The translations under genes and the position numbers were made by a program. 64,000 nucleotides of DNA. Source: an uncultured Chloroflexia bacterium. Its GTDB lineage: Bacteria > Chloroflexota > Limnocylindria > Limnocylindrales > CSP1-4. Under the pieces are notes generated by a model. That model was not told the DNA's origin, did no database searches, and was given only the letters and a program-made list of their open reading frames with translations. Location of the stretch: assembly GCA_963748625.1 (NCBI GenBank), contig CAVVJT010000004.1, forward strand, positions 416,001-480,000. Reading direction: 5' to 3'. This document shows positions 20,190 to 30,134 of the stretch, piece after piece. The number at the start of each line of letters is the position of its first letter. Positions within the stretch are counted from its first letter, which is position 1.

Positions 20190-21271
20190 CGGGACGCTCC
20201 ATGTTCGTGGACGAGGTCGACAAGGCGCGCGAGCTGGTCGGGGTCGGTCCCGGGGAGGACCCCGTGCCCCAGGTTGAAGATGTGGCCCGGTCGGCGGTCG
20301 TTCTGGGCCAGGATCCAGCGTGCGGTCTCCTCCACGCCCTCCCATGGGCCGAGCAGCAGGACCGGGTCGAGGTTCCCCTGGACCGCCCGGTCGCCCACGA
20401 TCCGGCGGCCCTCGGACAGCGCGATCCGCCAGTCGAGACCGATGACGTCGCCGCCGGCCTGCGCCTGGAGGGCGAGCAGGCCCGCCGTCCCCACGCCGAA
20501 GTGCGTCTTGGGCACGTTGAGATCGGCGATGCCCGCGAACAGGCGCCGGTAGTGCGGGAGGAGCCGGACCTCGTAGTCGAGCGGCGAGAGGCCGCCCACC
20601 CACGAATCGAACAGCTGGACCGCCTCGGCGCCGGCGGCCACCTGGGCCCGCAGGTAGGCGATCGTCGCGTCCACCAGGCGGTCCAGGAGCGCGGCCCAAG
20701 TCTCGGGCTCTGCGTGCATGAGGCGCTTGGTGTTGACGAAGTCCCGTGACGGACCGCCCTCGACGAGGTAACAGGCGAGCGTGAACGGCGCGCCCGCGAA
20801 GCCGATCAGCGGCACGGGGGACTCGCGCCGGATGATCGAGATCGCCTCGAGCAGGGCCGGGACGGCGTCCTCCGGGTTGAAGGCTCGCAGAGCGACGACG
20901 TCGGCCATGGACCGGACCGGCCGCTCCATCACGGGCCCGCGACCCTCGACGATGTCGAACGCGACACCCAGGCCGGTGAAGGGCGTGGTGATGTCCGCGA
21001 AGAGGATCGCCGCATCCACGCCCAGGCGGTGGACGGGCTGGAGGGTGACCTCGGCGCAGAGGGGGGCGTCGCGGGTTATCTCGATGAGCGTCGCGCGCTC
21101 ACGGATCTTGCGGTACTCGGGGAGCGCGCGACCGGCCTGGCGCATGAACCACACCGGCGTCGTGTCCACGGACAGGCTCCGCGCGGCGCGCAGGAACCTG
21201 GCGTCGGGGCGGGGCGCGGGGACCGTCGCGTCCTGCCGCATCGCCGGTCCTGACGAGGTCTCCGCGCTCAT
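20186..21271 (-). CDS. hemE: Uroporphyrinogen decarboxylase
   Basis: PVWFMRQAGR, LIGFAGAPFTLACY, QGNLDP and IFNLGHGV motifs. Confidence 0.96.
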   Translation of the reverse strand: MSAETSSGPAMRQDATVPAPRPDARFLRAARSLSVDTTPVWFMRQAGRALPEYRKIRERATLIEITRDAPLCAEVTLQPVHRLGVDAAILFADITTPFTGLGVAFDIVEGRGPVMERPVRSMADVVALRAFNPEDAVPALLEAISIIRRESPVPLIGFAGAPFTLACYLVEGGPSRDFVNTKRLMHAEPETWAALLDRLVDATIAYLRAQVAAGAEAVQLFDSWVGGLSPLDYEVRLLPHYRRLFAGIADLNVPKTHFGVGTAGLLALQAQAGGDVIGLDWRIALSEGRRIVGDRAVQGNLDPVLLLGPWEGVEETARWILAQNDRRPGHIFNLGHGVLPGTDPDQLARLVDLVHEHGASR

Positions 21272-22542
21272 GCCGCGAACGCGGTCCGGGCCGCTGCCAG
21301 CGTCTCGGCGACCTCGGCCTCGCCGTGCGCGGCCGAGATGAACCAGGCCTCGAACTGGGACGGCGCCAGCAGCACACCCGCGTCCAGCATCGCGCCGAAG
21401 AACCGGGTGTAGGCGTCCCGGTCGGACGTGCCCGCCTCGGCCCAGTTGCGGGGGACCGACGGCCGGAAGAACACGGTGAGGAGCGAGCCCACCCGGGCGA
21501 TCGCGACATCCCGCCCGGCCTTGGCAGCGGCCTCGCGGAGCCCCGCTTCCAGCCCTGCGCCCGTACGCTCCAGGCCCGCGTAGAGCTCGGGCGTGAGGAG
21601 GTCGAGGGTGGCCACGCCAGCAGCCATCGCGAGCGGGTGGCCGGACAGCGTGCCCGCCTGGTAGACCGGGCCCTCGGGGGCGATCAGGGCCATGAGGTCG
21701 GCCCGACCGCCGTACGCACCGACGGGCATCCCGCCGCCGATGATCTTGCCCAGGGTGGTGATGTCGGGGGTGACGCCGAACCGCTCCTGGGCCCCGCCGC
21801 GTGCGACCCGGAAGCCCGTGATGACCTCGTCGAAGATGAGCAGCGCGCCGTTGGCGGCCGTCAGCTCGCGAAGTGATTCGAGGAAGCCGGGCTCGGGGGC
21901 GATGACGCCCACATTGGCCCCGACAGGCTCGACGATGATCGCCGCGATGCGGTCCGGGTGCGCCCGGAAGGCGGCGGCCACGGCGTCGCTGTCGTTGTAC
22001 GGCAGGACCACGGTGTCCGACGCGGCGCCCGCGGTCACGCCGGCCGAGCCAGGCATGGCCAGCGTTGCGAGGCCCGAACCGGCATCGACCAGCAGGCTGT
22101 CACCGTGGCCGTGGTAGCCGCCCGCGAACTTGACGATGACGTCGCGGCCGGTCGCGCCGCGGGCGAGCCGCAGGGCGCTCATCACGGCCTCGGTGCCGGA
22201 CGACACGAAGCGCATTCGCTCCATGGACGGCATGGCCGCCCGGACCCGCTCGCCGAGCTCGATCTCCCGGGGCCCGGTGGCGCCGAGCGCGAATCCGTCG
22301 AGCGCCGCCTCGCGGACCGCCTGGACCACGGCCGGGGCACCGTGGCCCAGGATCGCGGGTCCCCACGAGCCGATGTAGTCGAGATACCAGCGCCCGTCGG
22401 CGTCGCGCACGCGCGCGCCCTCGCCTCGATCGAGCACGAGCGGTGGGCGGCCGACGGACCGGAAGGCCCGGACTGGGCTGTTGACGCCGCCCGGGAACAG
22501 GTCAGCGGCCCGCTCGCGGAGCTCCGCCTGGGTCGTTGCCAT
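21268..22542 (-). CDS. hemL: Glutamate-1-semialdehyde 2,1-aminomutase
   Basis: PGGVNSPVRAF, SSGTEAVMSA, FDEVITGFR, GKIIGGG and YQAGTLSG motifs. Confidence 0.96.
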   Translation of the reverse strand: MATTQAELRERAADLFPGGVNSPVRAFRSVGRPPLVLDRGEGARVRDADGRWYLDYIGSWGPAILGHGAPAVVQAVREAALDGFALGATGPREIELGERVRAAMPSMERMRFVSSGTEAVMSALRLARGATGRDVIVKFAGGYHGHGDSLLVDAGSGLATLAMPGSAGVTAGAASDTVVLPYNDSDAVAAAFRAHPDRIAAIIVEPVGANVGVIAPEPGFLESLRELTAANGALLIFDEVITGFRVARGGAQERFGVTPDITTLGKIIGGGMPVGAYGGRADLMALIAPEGPVYQAGTLSGHPLAMAAGVATLDLLTPELYAGLERTGAGLEAGLREAAAKAGRDVAIARVGSLLTVFFRPSVPRNWAEAGTSDRDAYTRFFGAMLDAGVLLAPSQFEAWFISAAHGEAEVAETLAAARTAFAA

Positions 22543-23568
22543 CTACATCGCCTCCCGGGCCCACGCGGCGAGGTCCGCGGCGGCATACGTGATCACGAAC
22601 CCGGCGCCTGCGCGCAGGATCGAGGTGGTGGATTCGGTCAGGGCGCGGCGCCGGTCCAGCCAGCCGCGCTCGGCGGCCGCCACGATGGAGGCGTACTCGC
22701 CGCTCACCTGGTAGGCGCCGATCGGGACGTCGTAGCGGGCGCGGGCGGCGGCCAGGATGTCCAGGGAGGGCATCGCCGGCTTCACGAGGATCATGTCCGC
22801 GCCCTCGGCGAGGTCGTGCTCGATCTCCCGCATGGACTCGCGGGCGTTGGCCGGGTCCATCTGGTAGCCGCGCCGGTCGCCAAAGGCGGGCTTGGAGCCC
22901 GCGGCGTCGCGGAACGGGCCGTAGAAGGCGGATGCCGTCTTCGCGGCGTAGGCCAGGATCGCGGTGTCGTGGTGGGCGTCCGTGTCCAGCGCGCTGCGGA
23001 TGGCGGCGACCTGGCCGTCCATCATGGCGGAGGGGGCGACGATGTCCGCGCCCGCCGCAGCCTGGCTCGCAGCCGTGCGGCCGAGCAGCTCGATGGTCGC
23101 GTCGTTGTCCACACACCCGTTGGCAAGGAGCGGACCGCAGTGCCCGTGGTCCGTGTACTCGCACAGGCAGGTGTCGGCGATCAGGACCAGGTCCAGGTCC
23201 GCATCGCGGAAGCGCCGCAGGGTCTCCTGGACGATGCCGTCCTCGATCCAGCCACCGGTGCCGATGTCGTCCTTGTCGGCCGGCAGGCCGAACAGGATCA
23301 CGCCGCCGACGCCGAGGGAGGCCAGCTTGCGCCCATCGATGAGCGCCTCGTCGGGGGTGACGCGCTCCACGCCGGGCATGGAGCCGACGGGCTGGCGGCC
23401 CTCGCGCCCCTGGTAGACGAAGATCGGCGCGACGAGCTGGCGGGGATGGATCCGCGTCTCCCGCACGAATGCGCGGAGCGTCTCGGTGCGGCGGGTGCGG
23501 TGCAGGCGGTGAGCCGTGTCCGGCAGCGCGGACGCCGCGTCGGGGGCTGGGGCGAGGGCGAGGCTCAC
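22543..23568 (-). CDS. hemB: Porphobilinogen synthase
   Basis: DTCLCEYTDHGHCG, APSAMMDG, SAFYGPFRDA and AYQVSGEY motifs. Confidence 0.96.
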   Translation of the reverse strand: MSLALAPAPDAASALPDTAHRLHRTRRTETLRAFVRETRIHPRQLVAPIFVYQGREGRQPVGSMPGVERVTPDEALIDGRKLASLGVGGVILFGLPADKDDIGTGGWIEDGIVQETLRRFRDADLDLVLIADTCLCEYTDHGHCGPLLANGCVDNDATIELLGRTAASQAAAGADIVAPSAMMDGQVAAIRSALDTDAHHDTAILAYAAKTASAFYGPFRDAAGSKPAFGDRRGYQMDPANARESMREIEHDLAEGADMILVKPAMPSLDILAAARARYDVPIGAYQVSGEYASIVAAAERGWLDRRRALTESTTSILRAGAGFVITYAAADLAAWAREAM

Positions 23569-25355
23569 TGGACTCCTCCGTTATCGGTGGCGGGGGTGTG
23601 GGCCTCGCCGACGGCCGGCTCGGGGGTTCCGGCGCCGGCGAGGCCCAGGGAGAAAGCGGTGAAGGCGGCGAGGGACGCGGCATCGGGGGCTGGGGCGGTA
23701 AGGACGGTGGTGAAGCCCACCGCCCGGCAGGCATCGGCTGTGGTGGCGCCCGAGGCGATGACCGGGATCGCCAGGATGCGGGCGCGGTCGGCGTCGGCCG
23801 CGAGGGTCACCAGGCCACGGGCCGTGGAGCCGCTCGCGAGCACGAGTGCATCGAGGGGGCCGTCCTCGAGCGCGGCGGCCAGCGGCGCACGCGAGCCCTC
23901 AGGACCCTCGCGGGTCTCGTAGGCGATGACCTCCGTGACGCGGACGCCGCGCTCGCGCAGGGCGGCCGGCAGGATCACGTCGGCGATGTCGGCGCGGGGC
24001 AGGAGGACATGGTCACGGCGGTCGAGGTCGAGCTCCACGGCGAGGGTCGCCGCGTTGGCCTCGGAGGGGATGAAGACGTCGTCGATCCCGTGGGTGCGCA
24101 GGACCTCGGCGGTCGCCTCCCCTACCGCCGCCCAGCGGAACGCGCGCGGCTCCTGGCCGTTCCGCGCGAGGGCGGCGAGCACGGCGACGGCGGCACTGCC
24201 GCTGGTCACGACGATCAGCGTCGCGGACGGGGCGCCGGCGAGGGCCTGGTCGCCGGCAATGGCCTCGTCGAAGGCGCCACCGGGCGCAGCCGGCACGATC
24301 TCGATTCCCGGCACGTGGACGGCGTCCACCCCTGCGTCCTCGAGCGCCTTGAGGAGCGCGTCCGCGCGTCCGGCCGGCCGGCCGACCAGCACCCGGGGTC
24401 GCTCGCGGAGGGCGACGATGCGGGCTGCAAGCCGGGCGGCGAGGTCACGGCGGTCGTCAGCTCCAGCGCTGCCCGCCACCCAGCCGACGGTGGCGGCGTG
24501 GATCGCACGTTCGGGGGCGGCCTCGCCAACCCAGGTGCGGCCGGCACCCGCGGTCAGCGTCAGGCGACCTTCGCGAACCCTCCCGACCACGCCGATCGGC
24601 GAGCGGCAGCCGCCGCCGGTCGCGTTGAGCAGCGCCCGCTCGGCCTCGACCGCCACGCGGGTGGCCTCGTCGTCGAGCAGGCCCACCGCGGCGATCGCCT
24701 CGGCGTCGGTGGCGCGCACCTGGAGCGCGAGGGATCCCTGGCCGGGCGCCCAGGGGACAAGATCGGACGGGAGGATGTCGTCGATGCGGGCCGCGAGCCC
24801 CATGCGCGTCAGCCCGGCCACCGCGAGCACGAGCGCGTCGCTGTCGCCGCGGTCAAGCTTCGCGAGACGGGTGTCCACGTTGCCGTGGAGCGGGTGGAGC
24901 TGCAGATCCGGGCGCAGGGCCAGCAGGAATGCGGCGCGCCGCGGGCTGTCGGTGCCCACGCGGGCGCCTTCGGGCAGGGTGGTGAGCGTCGTCCCGCGGA
25001 CCCGGCACACGAGGGCGTCGCGGGCGTCCTCGCGCGGCGGGTAGGCGGCGATCACGAGGTCGGGGTGCTCGTCAGTGGGGACATCCTTGGCGCTGTGGAC
25101 GGCAAGATCCACGCGGTCCTCCAGGAGGGCGCCCACGATCCGGCCCACGAAGGCTCCCTCGCCCCACGCGGTGTCGATCGGGCGGTCGTCGCCCTCGGTC
25201 CGGATGATCGTGATCTCGGCGGGGATGCCGTGGTCGGCGAGGCGGGCGGCGACCCAGTTCGCCTGGACGAGGGCGAGGGCGCTGCCGCGGGTGCCGATGC
25301 GCAGGGTTCGGGTCATGGGACGCATCTCGATGGTGGTGATGGGGCCGTCGGTCAC
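23565..25355 (-). CDS. hemC: Hydroxymethylbilane synthase fused to uroporphyrinogen-III synthase (HemC-HemD)
   Basis: IGTRGSALALVQ, AVHSAKDVP, GNVDTRL and GGC in the N-terminal half; HemD-like VVTSGSAA, AVGEATA, AYET and ASGSTA in the C-terminal half. Confidence 0.9.
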   Translation of the reverse strand: MTDGPITTIEMRPMTRTLRIGTRGSALALVQANWVAARLADHGIPAEITIIRTEGDDRPIDTAWGEGAFVGRIVGALLEDRVDLAVHSAKDVPTDEHPDLVIAAYPPREDARDALVCRVRGTTLTTLPEGARVGTDSPRRAAFLLALRPDLQLHPLHGNVDTRLAKLDRGDSDALVLAVAGLTRMGLAARIDDILPSDLVPWAPGQGSLALQVRATDAEAIAAVGLLDDEATRVAVEAERALLNATGGGCRSPIGVVGRVREGRLTLTAGAGRTWVGEAAPERAIHAATVGWVAGSAGADDRRDLAARLAARIVALRERPRVLVGRPAGRADALLKALEDAGVDAVHVPGIEIVPAAPGGAFDEAIAGDQALAGAPSATLIVVTSGSAAVAVLAALARNGQEPRAFRWAAVGEATAEVLRTHGIDDVFIPSEANAATLAVELDLDRRDHVLLPRADIADVILPAALRERGVRVTEVIAYETREGPEGSRAPLAAALEDGPLDALVLASGSTARGLVTLAADADRARILAIPVIASGATTADACRAVGFTTVLTAPAPDAASLAAFTAFSLGLAGAGTPEPAVGEAHTPATDNGGVQ

Positions 25356-26563
25356 AGGGAGAACAGCGTCCGAGCGGCCTGGTCGAGCTCGCCGGTGGAG
25401 TCCTCGCGCAGATTTGCGAGGGGCTGGTGGATGAGGCCGGAGACCAGCCGGTGCGACATCTGTTCCACGAGGTCGCGCTCGTGGTCGGCCAGCTCCAGGC
25501 GGCGGAACAGGCGCTCGAGCTCCTCGGCCCGGCGGGTCTCCGCGTGATCGCTGAGGGCCTGGATGGCCGGCACGTGCTCGCGGGAACGGGCCCAGGCCAG
25601 GAGGTTCTGCTCGGCGTCGGCGAGCATCCGCTCGAAGCGGATCCGCAGGCGCTTGCGCAGCTCGGTCTGGGGGTTGCGGGCGAGATCGTCGATGGAGGTG
25701 TACCGGTCGCCCAGGGTCGCGCGGGTCTCGTCATCGAGCGCCGGGGGCGACGAGAGGTCGACGACGGGCTGTGCGCCCATGACCAGCGCGGCGTGTGCTT
25801 CGGGCGACAGGGGCCAGCGGGCCGAGATCGCGAGCAGGTAGGCGTCCGCCTCGGGCAGCGGGGTGTCGGCGCCGAACGGGGCGGGCTCGCCGTTCGCGTC
25901 ATAGGCGAGGGCTGCGGCGCGATCGGAGCTGCGGTTGGCGACGAGCACGCGGGCACCCTGGCGGGCCGACGCGAGCGCGCACAGGCGGGCCATACGGCCC
26001 GCGCCCACCACCAGGACACGCTGGTCGAGCAGCGGACCGGTCACGGGCAGCACCCGGTCGAGCGCCACGTCGGCGAGCGAGAGCGGCGGACCCTCGCGCC
26101 AGGAACGGGTCTCGCGGCCCAGGTGGAGGGCCAGCTGGAACAGCCGCTCGAGCAGCGGGTGGAGACCGATCGCCGACGGGTGATCCGACCCGATCTGCAC
26201 GGGGCAGGCGGCGGCGGCCGGCACGTGGCGGTCCGCGAGGCACTCGCGCAGCTGGTGCAGGATCTGGTCCTCGCCCACCACGACGCTGTCGAGGCCGGCG
26301 GCGACCGAGAACACGTGGCGGGCGGCGTCGGTGCCCTCGAGGCGGATGGTGCCGGCGGGGGCCTCCGGGAGCGGCGGCAGCGGGCACCCGGGGTCGGCGG
26401 CCACGTAGAGCTCGATACGGTGGCAGGTGCGCAGGAGGATCGCCCGCGGGTCATTGGCGATCCTGGCGGCGGCGTCGCCGAATGCCTCGCGCTCTTTGCT
26501 GGGGACGCTGCGGGCGTGGGCGATGAGGGCGATCAGCCCGACGACGGGGCGCGGCTCGGTCAC
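25352..26563 (-). CDS. hemA: Glutamyl-tRNA reductase
   Basis: TCHRIELY catalytic Cys, VAAGLDSVVVGEDQILHQ, VVGAGRMA and VANRS motifs. Confidence 0.9.
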   Translation of the reverse strand: MTEPRPVVGLIALIAHARSVPSKEREAFGDAAARIANDPRAILLRTCHRIELYVAADPGCPLPPLPEAPAGTIRLEGTDAARHVFSVAAGLDSVVVGEDQILHQLRECLADRHVPAAAACPVQIGSDHPSAIGLHPLLERLFQLALHLGRETRSWREGPPLSLADVALDRVLPVTGPLLDQRVLVVGAGRMARLCALASARQGARVLVANRSSDRAAALAYDANGEPAPFGADTPLPEADAYLLAISARWPLSPEAHAALVMGAQPVVDLSSPPALDDETRATLGDRYTSIDDLARNPQTELRKRLRIRFERMLADAEQNLLAWARSREHVPAIQALSDHAETRRAEELERLFRRLELADHERDLVEQMSHRLVSGLIHQPLANLREDSTGELDQAARTLFSL

Positions 26564-27294
26564 ATCTGACTCCCGGTGGTGGATGCGGGGCGACGGGAGG
26601 CGGGGCGGCGGGTTGCGCTGGGGGCGGCCGACTCCCAGCCACGCAACGTGGCGAGGAGCAGGCCGTCGAGGGCCTCGTTGGCCTCGGCGATGAGCGTGGT
26701 GGAGGCGGCGGCGTCGAACTCGCGACGACGGGCAACGGCGCCTAGCTCGGTGAGGAAGGGCCGGCGGAAGCGGAGGAAGAGATCCGCGGTCATCGGTGCG
26801 CCGAGGCCCTGGAGCCCGGAGATCCGGCCGTACTCGGTACAGGCGTCCTCCGCCTCCCGGAGCTGCTCGGCTCGCCGGCCCGGCTCGTCCGAGGAGAGTG
26901 CCTCCACGAGCGCGTTGACGATGGTGCGACCGTAGCCGCGGAAACGCTCGCGCTGGGCGTCATCGAGCTCGGCCACCCAGGGAATGCTGGAGTGATCGTC
27001 CTCCGCAGCGCGCCGGTAGCCCCGGGCCATCCGGCTCGGCGTCTCGCCGAGGTCCGCGAGGGAGGGCCGGACGGACGGCGTCTCGGGCAGGAGGGCCTCC
27101 AGGCCGCTCCGGGAGAACCGGCGATGGCCGCCAGGGGTGACGAAGGTCCGCACCATGCCGGTGTCGCCCCAGCGGCGGACAGTGGAGGCGGAGACACCGA
27201 GCAGCTTGCACGCTTCGGTGAGCGTGACCCAGCCGGGATCGCTCGTGACGGGACGCGTGACCACGGGACGCCCGAAACCTCCCAAATCTACCAA
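26560..27294 (-). CDS. MerR/excisionase-like HTH protein with helical C-terminal domain, first gene of the heme operon
   Basis: LTEACKLLGVSASTVRRWGDTG...TPGGHRRF. Its stop overlaps the hemA start. Start codon uncertain (TTG or GTG). Confidence 0.8.
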   Translation of the reverse strand: MVDLGGFGRPVVTRPVTSDPGWVTLTEACKLLGVSASTVRRWGDTGMVRTFVTPGGHRRFSRSGLEALLPETPSVRPSLADLGETPSRMARGYRRAAEDDHSSIPWVAELDDAQRERFRGYGRTIVNALVEALSSDEPGRRAEQLREAEDACTEYGRISGLQGLGAPMTADLFLRFRRPFLTELGAVARRREFDAAASTTLIAEANEALDGLLLATLRGWESAAPSATRRPASRRPASTTGSQM

Positions 27295-27561
27295 AGCTGC
27301 TCGAACCTGCCGCTATGCTACGGGAGATTGCGGGTGGTCCAGACAGGGCCGACTGGCCTCGCATCGGTCCCATGCGGCCCATGCCGCAACCCTGCCGCTA
27401 CCCCACGGGACCGTCCCGAATATGGGCATTTCGGTCGCGACTTCGTTTGTCCGGGGAAACCCGCGTGCAGGGTTCGGTGCCTGGAGCGATACGGTGGTCC
27501 CGGGGCCAACGGGCCGTTGGTCCCTTCTGCCTTCGGCTGTGCATCAGGCCTACTTGCGGCC

Positions 27562-27810
27562 ATGACTCAAGCGTCCCTGCCGCTCTCCGGCGTCCCCGTC
27601 GGCGAGCGGCGTGTCATCACCGAGATCCAGGGCCACGCGCGCGCCGAGCTGGCGCGCGAAGGCCTCCTGCGCGGGAGCGTGGTGCTGGTCGCGGCGCGCA
27701 CCCCGCTCGGCGGTCCCGTGATCGTGGAGGTGGGTCGTGCCCGGGTCGCCGTGGCAAGCCAGGTGGCGGACAGCGTGATCACCGTGCCGCTCGACACGGT
27801 CCAGGCCTGA
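27562..27810 (+). CDS. feoA: Ferrous iron transport protein A
   Basis: 82-aa SH3-like protein with REGLLRG...TPLGGPVIVEV...VAV; its stop overlaps the feoB start. Confidence 0.85.
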   Translation: MTQASLPLSGVPVGERRVITEIQGHARAELAREGLLRGSVVLVAARTPLGGPVIVEVGRARVAVASQVADSVITVPLDTVQA

Positions 27811-29832
27811 TGGTCGAGCTCGACTGCCACGCGGCGCCAGCCCCCGTCGGCGGTGCCGTGCGCGCAGATGGGCGCGACGACAGGTACGCGGACGGGCGTG
27901 CTGACGGGCGCCCCGTGGTCGCGATGGTCGGCCGCCCCAACGTGGGCAAGTCCACGTTCCTCGCGCGCGCCAGCCGCCGCTTCGTCGAGACGGCGAACGC
28001 ACCCGGCACCACCGTTGGTATCGAGCGCCGGCTGATAGCCGTGGGCGGACGCGAGGCCTGGCTGGTGGACCTGCCGGGCACCCGCTCACTGGACGACGAT
28101 CCCGCCGGCGACACGCCGTTCTGGAACGCTCCTGCTCGAGGCTGCGCCGGACGCCATTCTCGTGGTCGTCGATGCCGGCCAGCTGGATCGCCACCTCCCA
28201 ATCGCCATCGCCTGCCGTGACCTGGGCCTGCCGATCGTGGTGGCGGCAAACCTGGCCGACGAGGCCGGCAGGCGCGGGATCACGGTGGACGCCGGCCGCC
28301 TCGGCCAGCTCGTCAACGCGCCCGTGCACGTCACCTGCGGACGGAGCGGTAAAGGCGTGGACAAGGCCCTGGCAGATGCCGTCCGCCTCGCCGGCGTGCG
28401 CCGCGCGGTCCGGTCCGGGGAGAGCTCGCCCCGGTCGACGATCCCGGCGTCCGTCTTTGCCTTCGACGTGGAGCAGCGCCTCGCGGCAGCTGGTTCGGCC
28501 CTGACCGTCGAGCCGCGGTCCCTGGGTGCTGCAGGCTTCCCCGACCCGATCGCCGCGGCCGTCATCGACGGGCGCATCTCGCCACGCGGCGGGGCGTCGC
28601 TGCGGATGGCGGGCATGCTGGAGCCCCCGCGCTGGGCCATCGCGGCACGCTGGGCCGAGCAGTCGGAGCGCCGCACCGACGTGCCGGAGCCCCTCGCGGA
28701 CAAGGCTGCGCGCCTGACGACCTCGCCGTGGCCCGGCATCCCGCTGTTCCTGGGCATCAGTGTCGGCGCCTTCCTGTTCGTCATCTATGTCGGGGGGTTC
28801 CTGGCCTCCGCCCTGGGCGAGGTGTGGGCGGCGACCGTGTCCCCGTTCCTCACCTCGGCCGTGCCCGTGGTCATTCCGTTCCCCGTGGTCGCGAGCTCGG
28901 TGCTGTGGGCGCTCGACGGCGGCATGCTCGGGATGCTCGCGGTGGGGATCCCGTACGTGCTCACGTTCTACCTGCTCCTTGCGGCGCTCGAGGACTCCGG
29001 GTACCTCACCTCCGCGGCGGTGCTCATGGACCGGGTGTTCGGGACGCTCGGGCTGCCCGGTCGGGCGGCGATCCCGCTGCTCGCCGCGGCCGGCTGCAAT
29101 GTGCCGGCGATCTACGGGACGCGCGTGCTGCGGACACGGCGCGAGCGGCTGCTGGCCTCGTGGCTGGTGACGTTGACGCCCTGCTCGGCGCGGTCCGCGG
29201 TGATCATCGCGGCGCTCGCGCCGTTCGCGGGCGTGCAGGTCGCCATCGCGGCGTTCGGCGTGGTGGCTTTGGTCACGATCGGGGCGGGGCTTGCTGCGAA
29301 CAAGATGATCCCAGGCCGCCAGACAGCCCTGGTGCTGGAGCTGGCCCCCTTGCGGGCGCCGGTCGCCAGTCACGTCGTACGCAAGGCCTGGTTCCGGTTC
29401 CGCGCCTTCGTTCTGACGGCCACGCCGATCATGCTCATCGGCTCGCTCGTGCTGGGCGTCGTCTACGAGACGGGCGCCTGGGAGACGGCGGCCGCGGTCA
29501 TCGGCCCGGTGTTCGAGGCCTCGATGGGGCTGCCGGCGATCGCGGGCGTCGCGCTCGTGTTCGCCTTCCTGCGCAAGGAGCTGGCGCTCCAGCTGCTGAT
29601 CGTGTTCGCGGCGGCGCAGGCAGGCTACGCGATGGGCCTGGGCGAGCTCATGACGCCGCCGCAGCTGTTCGTGTACGCGGTGGTGGCCTCGATCTCGATC
29701 CCGTGCATCGCGACACTCGCCACGCTCAAGGGCGAGCTGGGGACGCGCGGCGCGGTGGCGATCACGGTGGCATCTCTGGCGCTGGCGCTCGTGATCGGGA
29801 TGGTGCTTGCGCGCCTGCTCGGGATCGCCTGA
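27810..29832 (+). CDS. feoB: Ferrous iron transport protein B, frameshift near 28127
   Basis: G1 GRPNVGKS, G2 NAPGTTV and G3 DLPG in one frame; NLAD and the membrane domain (LEDSGYL, GCNVPAI, PCSAR, PCIAT) in the next frame. Confidence 0.92.
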
Positions 29833-30134
29833 GCGGCGTCGCGGGCGACACGGACGGACCCACATGCGCCCGCACCATCGGCGGTGCTATCGACGCCGAC
29901 AACGCGCGTCCGAGACGCCGATCCGCGCCTCATGGCGTCCCTTGACCGTGCGGCCAGCACTGGGGGTGCTGGGAGACGCTGCAGGTCACTGGCCTGGGCC
30001 GAGTTCGCCGTGAGGTAGCACGGCGGGTGCTGCGCCGCGCGTGCTGGGGCCCGACCGGCGCGCGGCGGCGCCGTGGCTGCTGGCGCCCGACCGGCGCCCG
30101 GCGGCGCCCGCCCGGCGAGTGCCCCTCGTGGCGC

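Noticed and set aside
21958-29865. Long antisense ORFs (e.g. 21958-23922, 23469-25547, 27550-29865)
   Set aside because: Shadow ORFs opposite well-supported genes, expected at this GC content because stop codons are scarce; Arg/Gly/Pro-rich with no motifs.
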